From: Pyrodictium abyssi
GTDB lineage: Archaea > Thermoproteota > Thermoprotei_A > Sulfolobales > Pyrodictiaceae
Length of the DNA: 32,000 nucleotides
Assembly (NCBI RefSeq): GCF_036323395.1
Contig: NZ_AP028907.1
Location: 660,001 to 692,000 of the forward strand
Direction: 5' to 3'
In this document: positions 25,985 through 32,000 of the stretch, piece after piece
Layout of the letters: the number at the start of each line of letters is the position of its first letter
How positions within the stretch are numbered: the stretch's first letter is position 1
The notes under the pieces: generated by a model
What the model saw: the letters and a program-made list of their open reading frames with translations, nothing else
Databases searched by the model: none
Told to the model about the DNA's origin: nothing
Position numbers and translations under genes: made by a program

Positions 25985-26902
25985 TTGATATCAATACAAT
26001 TTAACTTAGTTAGTATTTTATACATAACTAGGCTGATCTGGGTTAATAAATACGTTAATAAATTACGAAACTCTATAGAGAACCGCGTGATAGAGCCTCT
26101 ATGTACAGCTGATGCTGTATGCTTGACGCCAAGTTCTGCTCCGGAGAGTGATATAACATTGGTAGGAATAGGAAATATAGGAGAACAACCTCCCGAAGAC
26201 GAGTTCAAGAATCCAAAACTAACCCTCTTCAATCTTATAAATGCTCTGAAATTTTTCTATTCATTCAAGAGTCTTGAAAAGAAGCTAGGGGTGCCATCTC
26301 AAGTCTTATGGAGGTATACAACGCTGCGTGCTACTCCGGAGAAGGATACAGCTCAAAAAATTCTAGCCAAAATAAAGGAGCTCAAACTAGTTGAGGAGGC
26401 TATTCAGAGGACAGCAGCCGAAAAAGAAGATCTCTGGGCCGTATTCAGTAATCCCGGAGTCCTACAGCTCACCGCTCTCAAGACTCTTGATGAGTTTAAA
26501 AAGACAATAGATGTAGTTCTATCGGCTCCCGACGTTTACTCTGCGGCATTAGCAGCGATGATAGCAGCATACATGAGAGCTCGTTTGTGTCTTCCATCTC
26601 ACACACCCTTTGCAAAAAACGTAATAATAGAGAGCTACATTAATAGTTTTGGTAGTATTGATGCTATAGGACTACCACGTAAATGTATTCCGAAAAAATC
26701 TAAAATATTAATTGCTGCCTCGATACTCAAATATGACACCCTGTCGCCGCTCCTATCTCTGGTGCAGAGAATTGGAGCAGAAGTCAAAGGTGTGGTAGCA
26801 TTAGCGTCTCTCGAAGATGGAGAGCTTCTCAAGAACAAATTACCTCAAGGAATAAAAGTGCTAACAATAATAAAGTTAGATGAGATGAACAAGTACAAAT
26901 AG
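25985..26902 (+). CDS. HTH plus phosphoribosyltransferase-like (degenerate PRPP motif) protein, island cargo
   Basis: ORF track, 305 aa with low-GC codon usage. There is no ATG before aa about 220, so the start is TTG or GTG and uncertain (25985 TTG; GTG at 26087). HTH-like: FYSFKSLEKKLGVPSQVLWRYTTLRATPEKDTAQKIL. PRT-fold pattern: DVVLSAPDVYSAALAAMIAAYMRARL...KILIAASILKYDTLSPLLSLVQRIGAEVKGVVAL, with AAS where the acidic DD of the PRPP loop normally sits. Confidence 0.5.
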   Translation: MISIQFNLVSILYITRLIWVNKYVNKLRNSIENRVIEPLCTADAVCLTPSSAPESDITLVGIGNIGEQPPEDEFKNPKLTLFNLINALKFFYSFKSLEKKLGVPSQVLWRYTTLRATPEKDTAQKILAKIKELKLVEEAIQRTAAEKEDLWAVFSNPGVLQLTALKTLDEFKKTIDVVLSAPDVYSAALAAMIAAYMRARLCLPSHTPFAKNVIIESYINSFGSIDAIGLPRKCIPKKSKILIAASILKYDTLSPLLSLVQRIGAEVKGVVALASLEDGELLKNKLPQGIKVLTIIKLDEMNKYK

Positions 26903-27021
26903 AACTATGCCAACTATGAATTCTGTTGATTCTATATCTTTCCTAGCTAGGCTGCTCGATAACTCTATGGAGAGGCTGCACTACAATTTAGCTAGAAAGC
27001 AGCCACCACAGTACTAGGGTT

Positions 27022-27330
27022 TCACTTGGTGTGTTTCGCTTGGTGTAATCCTGTCCTGGTCATCTCTACTATCTTAAAGAGCCTTGTTAAGGACATCATG
27101 CTGGCTATTCGCATGAGCTCCCTCTTGTACTCCTTGTTGAGCTTTCTGCGGAGGGGGCGTGGGACGCGGTGGCGGTAGAGTGCTAGGCGGAAGGCTATCC
27201 TGCTGCGTAGGAGGCGTAGCCGGAGCCATAGGTAGAGGGCTAGGAGGCTGGCTATGGCTGTGGCTGCGAGGCGGGCGGCCTGGAGCGCTAGGAGCGTGTA
27301 CGCTGCTAGTCTCCGCAGCCTTTCGGGCAT
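27022..27330 (-). CDS. small membrane protein (hypothetical)
   Basis: ORF track, 102 aa. Its ATG overlaps the upstream stop (TAATG at 27328-32). TM segment: AAYTLLALQAARLAATAIASLLALYLWL. The C-terminal roughly 40 codons have lower GC, at the island boundary. Confidence 0.5.
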   Translation of the reverse strand: MPERLRRLAAYTLLALQAARLAATAIASLLALYLWLRLRLLRSRIAFRLALYRHRVPRPLRRKLNKEYKRELMRIASMMSLTRLFKIVEMTRTGLHQAKHTK

Positions 27331-27761
27331 TACTGGTTCTCCTCGATGCAGGCTTGGAGGGTGTAGAGGGGCCGGGCCTTGGTGCCAAGGTTTGCTATGA
27401 GGCCCTTCTCCTCTAGGAGGCGCAGCTTCTGCCGGACTGTCGTGCGGGAGGCGCTTCCCCTTAGGCGGCGGAGGCGCCTTGTGATCTCTGAGACTGTGAG
27501 GGGCTCGCAGCCCGAGAGTATCTCTAGGACGTCGCGGGCTATCGGGTCGTCTACGCCGCGGGCGAGGGCTACGACGCGCCTAGCGGCCTCAAGTGCCTCT
27601 ATGGCTGGCATGGCTAGGGCTATTGCTAGTCTGCTGGCGAGCATCACGGTGTCGGGGCTTGCCGCGGCTAGTGCTTCCTCTAGCCGTTCGAGCCGCTGGA
27701 GTGCCTCCCGTAGGAGCTTCTCGAGCCTCTCTAGCCGCTCCTCTAGCCTGTCTCCTTGCAA
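27330..27761 (-). CDS. coiled-coil plus C-terminal winged-helix DNA-binding protein (MarR/ArsR-like wHTH)
   Basis: ORF track, 143 aa. N-terminal heptad-like LEERLERLEKLLREALQRLERLEEAL. C-terminal ARDVLEILSGCEPLTVSEITRRLRRLRGSASRTTVRQKLRLLEEKGLI. Confidence 0.6.
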   Translation of the reverse strand: MQGDRLEERLERLEKLLREALQRLERLEEALAAASPDTVMLASRLAIALAMPAIEALEAARRVVALARGVDDPIARDVLEILSGCEPLTVSEITRRLRRLRGSASRTTVRQKLRLLEEKGLIANLGTKARPLYTLQACIEENQ

Positions 27762-27838
27762 CGCTGATTCTACCCACTGGGCTGCTGCGCTGGACCACCC
27801 CCGGCAGGGCTGGCGGCTGGTGGTGGCGCGTGCCGTGT

Positions 27839-28375
27839 CTACTGCTTCTCCTGCTCCTCTCGCTGTTTGCCGCTGATCCGGCCCCGTAGGCTCTCTAGCT
27901 GTTCTAGTAGCCGCTTCTTCTCCTCCTCGGAGACGGGTAGCTCCTGGAGCATCTCCCTTATCTCTTCTAGCTGCTCGGCGACGCCCTCTAGCCCGCTTCT
28001 GGCCGCCGCCACGCTGCCCCGCGGCGCGAGCGTGGAGACCACTACGCGGGGCTTGCGGGCTAGGCTGCTGAGCGCCTCTATCAGCTTGGAGGGGCTGGGC
28101 ACGGCTTCGAGCCTTCTGCGGAAGTACTCCTCTGTGAGCCTCATGGCCTCTTCTGGCGGGAGGCCGCTCTCCACTAGCCTCTTGTAGAAGCTGCCCACGT
28201 CCTCGCCAAGCTTAGCCCCGTCGACGCTGCTCAGCACCATCTCCATGAGCTCCTTCACGAAGCCCTTTATGCGGCCCATGAAGTCCGCTATCGCGTCGAA
28301 TACCTGGCGTAGCTCCTCTACGTCGCCGTCTGCCCGGAATCCTAGATGGGTGTGTTCCTCGGGCAATCCAGGCAC
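27839..28375 (-). CDS. hypothetical helical/coiled-coil protein
   Basis: ORF track, 178 aa, Glu/Leu/Arg-rich. No family recognised. Same strand as, and close to, its neighbours. Confidence 0.5.
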   Translation of the reverse strand: MPGLPEEHTHLGFRADGDVEELRQVFDAIADFMGRIKGFVKELMEMVLSSVDGAKLGEDVGSFYKRLVESGLPPEEAMRLTEEYFRRRLEAVPSPSKLIEALSSLARKPRVVVSTLAPRGSVAAARSGLEGVAEQLEEIREMLQELPVSEEEKKRLLEQLESLRGRISGKQREEQEKQ

Positions 28376-28414
28376 CCAGTCTGTATACCTGGGGCTGGAC
28401 AGGCTATTGTCTGT

Positions 28415-29314
28415 TCAGGATGGGCTCTGGCCAGTCTCCCGGCCAGATACTAGCTCCTGGTAGATGCGGCGCACTATCGCTGCGTGGTTCTCCTCGTCGC
28501 GGGCTATCGACTCGAGGACCAGCTCGTAGACCTCGAACTTCTCGCCCATGATGCTCCTAAGCGCGGGTATGAGCATCCTCGTGTACTCTTCCTCGCCCAC
28601 GTGGTCCTCCAGGGAGGCGAGGAAGCCGAGAACCCGGAGGAGCTCCCTCTCGTCTGGGCAGCCCTTGGCCAGCTTCTTCTCGAGCACACGGAGCTGCTCT
28701 ACGAGGCCGCCGGGCTCGGCGGGGCACGCCTCCTCGTCCACGCCTACGCCTAGCTCGCTGGCTATGTGTGCGAAGACGTCTGCGTGTATGTAGCTCTCTC
28801 CGGCTATGTACGAGAAGGCTACGCCATATGCGTCTCTACGGCACCTTGACAGGTCCTCGTATACCCGTGCTACAAGCCTCTCTACAAGCACTGCGCAGGA
28901 GAGCGCCTCTGCCAGCACCTTCCCGTCGCTAGGCGGCTGCTGGGCTTCAGGCCCTGGCCTCTGCAGCAGACTGGGCAGGCCGAGGAGCCGGGCTATGTCA
29001 GTGTCCCTGCCCTGCTCTAGCATCTCTATAACCGCGTTTATGCCGGGGTTGCGTCTAGCCAGGAAGGCGAGGGGCCTAGCTATGACGCGTTCTGCTACCC
29101 AGCGGCCGCGTTTACCGCCGTAGAGCTCGAGCACCAGCTGGTATGCCTTGGAGGGGGAGGAGAGGAGAAGCGTGGCGAAGTCTACCCCGTAGTGCTTCCT
29201 CGCCTTTAAGTTGAGTATCGTGGAGATGCCTGGTGCCTGGCGGCGTATCTCGCGCCGTAGCCGCTCTATGAGGTCGTAGACGCTCGGCCCGCTGTCGGCC
29301 CTCTCGTAGCCCAT
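28415..29314 (-). CDS. hypothetical protein with a C-terminal ferritin-like four-helix-bundle region
   Basis: ORF track, 299 aa. The C-terminal half has helix-length segments carrying E/H pairs (VYEDLS, GESYIHADVFAHIA, LEDHVGEEEY, ARDEENHAAIV). Only the last is a clean ExxH, so the ligand set is incomplete. Confidence 0.5.
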   Translation of the reverse strand: MGYERADSGPSVYDLIERLRREIRRQAPGISTILNLKARKHYGVDFATLLLSSPSKAYQLVLELYGGKRGRWVAERVIARPLAFLARRNPGINAVIEMLEQGRDTDIARLLGLPSLLQRPGPEAQQPPSDGKVLAEALSCAVLVERLVARVYEDLSRCRRDAYGVAFSYIAGESYIHADVFAHIASELGVGVDEEACPAEPGGLVEQLRVLEKKLAKGCPDERELLRVLGFLASLEDHVGEEEYTRMLIPALRSIMGEKFEVYELVLESIARDEENHAAIVRRIYQELVSGRETGQSPS

Positions 29315-29338
29315 CTCTGGTCTCCACGCTGCAGTGCC

Positions 29339-29384
29339 CTACTCTGCCCGGAAGAAGCCTGGTAGTTGTACCGCAGCAGAGTAG
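29339..29384. repeat. 9-bp perfect inverted repeat CTACTCTGC-N28-GCAGAGTAG in a divergent intergenic region
   Basis: Read directly at 29339-47 and 29376-84, between the 29314 start (minus strand) and the aroE start (plus strand). Confidence 0.5.
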
Positions 29385-29423
29385 CTGCTAATACCCTTAC
29401 GGCCGCCACGCCGGGGTATAAGG

Positions 29424-30293
29424 GTGGGCTTGAGCGTGTCCATGCATGGCTGTAGCCCGGCGACGAGGCTCTACGGGCTCATAGGGAGCCCGGTCTCCCA
29501 CAGCCTGAGCCCCGCGATACACTGCACGGTGTTCCGTCAGGCCGGGGTGGATGCCGTCTACCTGGCCTGGGACACGCCGCCTGAGAGGCTACGGGAGCGC
29601 GTAGAGGCTCTACGCAGCCTCTCGGGCGGCTTCAACGTTACAATACCCCTCAAGGAGGCTATACTCGGGCTCCTCGACGGCCTAGGCGAGGCCGCCAGGG
29701 AGATAGGCGCCGTAAACACCGTCATGGTCGAGGACGGGAGCCTCACGGGCTACAACACCGACTACCTCGGCGTGGCCGAGTGCCTACGCGGCCACAGGCC
29801 CCGGGTAGCACTAGTCGTGGGCGCGGGTGGCGCAGCACGCGCCGCCATCTACGCGCTACGGGAGCTCGGCGCCGTGGAAGTGTACATCGCCAACCGTAGC
29901 CCCGGCCGCGCCCAGAGGCTGGCAGAGTGGGCCCGGGGCATCGGCCTCGACGCCCACCCAGCCCCCCTGGGCGACGCGGAAGAGCTGGCGTCGAGAGCCG
30001 ACACGGTTGTCAACGCGACGCCGCTGGGCAGCAAAGCCTGCTGCCCAGACGAGGCCCCTCCGGTGCTAGGAGGGCTGCACGAGGGCCAGGTCGTCTTCGA
30101 CATGGTGTACAAGCCTCTAGAGACGCTGCTCCTCCGGAGAGCCCGCGAGGCAGGAGCCAGGACCGTGGATGGGCTGTGTATGCTCGTGTGGCAGGCCCTA
30201 TACACGGACGAGATATGGCTCGGGATAGAGCCGACCCCGGAGCTCTACAACGCCGCCCGCGAGGCCGCCCTCCAGGCCATGAGGGAGGCCTAG
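29424..30293 (+). CDS. aroE: shikimate 5-dehydrogenase
   Basis: ORF track, 289 aa. Landmarks: LYGLIGSPVSHSLSPAIH, FNVTIPLKEAI, IGAVNTV, GYNTDYLG and VVGAGGAARAAIYAL. The start may be an internal Met (MHGCSPA). Confidence 0.9.
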   Translation: MGLSVSMHGCSPATRLYGLIGSPVSHSLSPAIHCTVFRQAGVDAVYLAWDTPPERLRERVEALRSLSGGFNVTIPLKEAILGLLDGLGEAAREIGAVNTVMVEDGSLTGYNTDYLGVAECLRGHRPRVALVVGAGGAARAAIYALRELGAVEVYIANRSPGRAQRLAEWARGIGLDAHPAPLGDAEELASRADTVVNATPLGSKACCPDEAPPVLGGLHEGQVVFDMVYKPLETLLLRRAREAGARTVDGLCMLVWQALYTDEIWLGIEPTPELYNAAREAALQAMREA

Positions 30294-30685
30294 ACGGGCA
30301 TGAACCACACCCTCTCCACGCCCCGTATCCGCCTCACCGTGGACATCAGGGGCTTCAGCTCGAGGGCGGAGGCCTCCACGACTGCTATGTTTATGCAACG
30401 TTTGTCGTCGAGCAGCTGGTGGTAGAGCGCTCTCACCAGCGGCTGGTGGCTATGGAAGGCCTCTATGACTTTGCGGTCCGCTGTCGAGCCCTCGTCGTGG
30501 CGCGTGACCGTCACTATTATCCAGGTTCTCCTCTCCCGGCCCTCTCCGGCCGCCTCTAGCTGCTCTATCATCCTCCTCAGCGCCTCCCGCACGAACTCCG
30601 AGCGCCCCACGAAGCCCAGCTTCTCCATGTAGACGTCTATCTTCTCGAGTAGGCTCTCAGGTATAGAGACGCTGACTATCGGCAT
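30290..30685 (-). CDS. NikR-family (ribbon-helix-helix plus ACT-like metal-binding domain) transcriptional regulator
   Basis: ORF track, 131 aa. RHH N-terminus: IVSVSIPESLLEKIDVYMEKLGFVGRSEFVREALRRMI. The C-terminal domain has a His pair (EAFHSHQ). It overlaps the aroE stop by 4 bp (CTAG). Confidence 0.7.
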   Translation of the reverse strand: MPIVSVSIPESLLEKIDVYMEKLGFVGRSEFVREALRRMIEQLEAAGEGRERRTWIIVTVTRHDEGSTADRKVIEAFHSHQPLVRALYHQLLDDKRCINIAVVEASALELKPLMSTVRRIRGVERVWFMPV

Positions 30686-30745
30686 CTCTTGGCCCCCGGG
30701 CCTCCTGGCCCATATAATAGGGGGCCACGTAGCTCCTTAATATCT

Positions 30746-30795
30746 CTGATATAGTTAGCATAGATGACTCTTAACAATAACCGTTATTATATCAG
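30746..30795. promoter_or_regulatory. nested palindromes: CTGATATA-N34-TATATCAG enclosing AATAAC-C-GTTATT; candidate operator between the NikR-like gene and the ATPase
   Basis: Read directly. Outer arms at 30746-53 and 30788-95; inner 13-bp palindrome at 30776-88. The region is AT-rich and lies between two divergent genes. Confidence 0.4.
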
Positions 30796-30807
30796 CGCTG
30801 GCTGTAC

Positions 30808-32000
30808 GTGGCGAATGGTGCCGCGTGGTGGCCGATACACACCGCGAGGCCGTGGCTAGCACTGCTCGCCGCTAGCGCCGTGGCCCTGGCCCTAGAGCTT
30901 CTGGGCCGGAGCGCTGCCCGCTCGTAGCGCTACTGGCTGCTGCGCTGCTGGCGAGGTTTGCTGCAAAGCTCCGGGAGGGGAGGATAACTGTCGACCTCCT
31001 CATGGGGTTCTCGCTGCTAGTACTCTACATGGAGGGCTTGCTCCTCGAGGCTGCGCTCGTGGCTGGGCTCAACGCTGTAGCCGAGATAGCCGAGGGCCTG
31101 GTAGAGGGGTCCGCGAGGCGCCGGCTAGCAGGGCTAAGGGAGCTGCTCCCGCGTAGCACGCTTGTCCGCCGCGGCGACGCTGTGGTAGAGGTGCCCGTAG
31201 ACGATGTGGGGCCTGGCGACATAGTGGTGGTGCCTCATGGCGGCACTGTGCCCGTCGACTCTACGCTTATGAGCAGATACGCTGTGTTCGACACCTCCAT
31301 GGTGACGGGCGAGCACACTCCGAGGCGGCTCGAGCAGGGATCGCTTGTCGAGAGCGGCTACGTGAACATCACCGGCGCCGCCATAGAGCTTCGGGCTGCT
31401 AGGCCGGCGGGGGGAGAGCCTGCTACAGCTGCTAGTACGCGAGGCCGAGGAGGCACTTGCCCGGAAGACCAGCGCGGAGAGGCTCATAGAGCGCATAACC
31501 CCCGCCTACATGGTGCTGCTCTTCGCCGTCTACGCCGCAGTCTCGCTAGCCCTCGGGCCCAGCCGGGGCCTCGTAGCAATACTAGCTGGGTGCCCGAGCA
31601 CCTACATAATAGCGTCTAGCTACACCTACATGTTGTCGCTGAGCCTGCTGGCCCGGCGCGGCGTAGTGGCCCGGGGCGCCTTCTCGAGGACATGAGCGCC
31701 CCGGGTATGGGCTGTGGTGCTGGACAAGACGGGTACGCTCACACCAGGCTTGCTCAGGGTAGCCAAGGTGGTTCCGGGGAGGCGGTTCAGCAGAGAGCTG
31801 GTGGACCTGGTAGCCGCTGCTGCCCGTATGAGCCTGCACCCCGCGTCGCGGGCTCTCGCAGAGCTGTCCCGGAGCCCGCTACCCGTCGACTATGCCCGCG
31901 AGGAGCCGGGAAGGGGCATCGTTGTCAGGGTTGCGGGCCGCTACGTGGTACTGGGCTCCTGTGGCTTCGTGGAGGAGTATACGGGCGAGAAGCTGCCGCC
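30808..32000 (+). pseudogene. P1B-type heavy-metal P-type ATPase, disrupted by two frameshifts and one in-frame TGA (continues past the window)
   Basis: The pieces match P1B architecture in order:
- 30808-30927: first TM segment WLALLAASAVALALELLG.
- 30876-31619, a different frame: GRITVDLLMGF...GDIVVVPHGGTVPVDS...MVTGEHTP, which is the actuator TGE.
- The frame changes at the G6 run 31409-14 into GESLLQLLVREAEEALARKTSAERLIERITPAYMVLLF...AGCPSTYIIASS (a CPx-type motif, here CPS).
- An in-frame TGA at 31693-95 is followed by VVLDKTGTLT (31717-46) and MSLHPASRAL. Confidence 0.6.

Noticed and set aside
31693-31695. In-frame TGA in the ATPase as selenocysteine or programmed readthrough
   Set aside because: The position is not a catalytic Cys site and no SECIS-like context is evident. 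The flanking residues fit the family consensus better in the -1 frame, pointing to indels rather than recoding.

Overview
GC-rich archaeal chromosome segment. Hand counts give about 70% G+C in a typical line (27541-27600) and 35% in the island line 26041-26100. It looks like a hyperthermophilic crenarchaeon: TATA-like boxes sit about 40 nt upstream of several starts, QueC and a Thg1-like gene are adjacent, and an SSV-type integrase fragment overlaps a tRNA. I support about 34 protein genes, 1 tRNA, 2 weak C/D-box sRNA candidates and several inverted repeats.

Housekeeping or recognisable genes:
- class I/II aminotransferase
- QueC
- Thg1-like protein
- shikimate dehydrogenase
- COG1237-type MBL hydrolase
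- COG3044-type ABC-class ATPase
- a Tat-exported molybdopterin oxidoreductase operon (catalytic subunit, 4Fe-4S subunit, NrfD/PsrC-like membrane subunit)
- a NikR-like regulator next to a frame-disrupted P1B-type ATPase

Most interesting regions:
1. 1-10209: a dense, poorly characterised cluster. It contains a vWA protein, an SRPBCC-like/Roadblock fusion and a membrane-anchored beta-propeller surface protein. Two divergent paralogous secreted proteins bracket two cytoplasmic proteins, one of which carries a ligand-less flavodiiron/MBL-like pseudo-enzyme domain. A divergently transcribed set follows: a Roadblock, double zinc-ribbon and TM protein, a small helical protein, a variant PIN protein, and a protein with two copies of a module that recurs in the cluster. 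No GTPase or ATPase partner is visible.
2. 25225-27140: tRNA-Ala(UGC) has its 3' half overlapped antisense by an SSV1-like integrase N-terminal fragment. An AT-rich island of about 1.7 kb follows, carrying an HTH plus degenerate phosphoribosyltransferase-like gene. This is the footprint of an integrated, now decayed element.
3. 27022-29314: a four-gene operon of unknown function.

All domain calls were made by eye from the translations. No searches were run.
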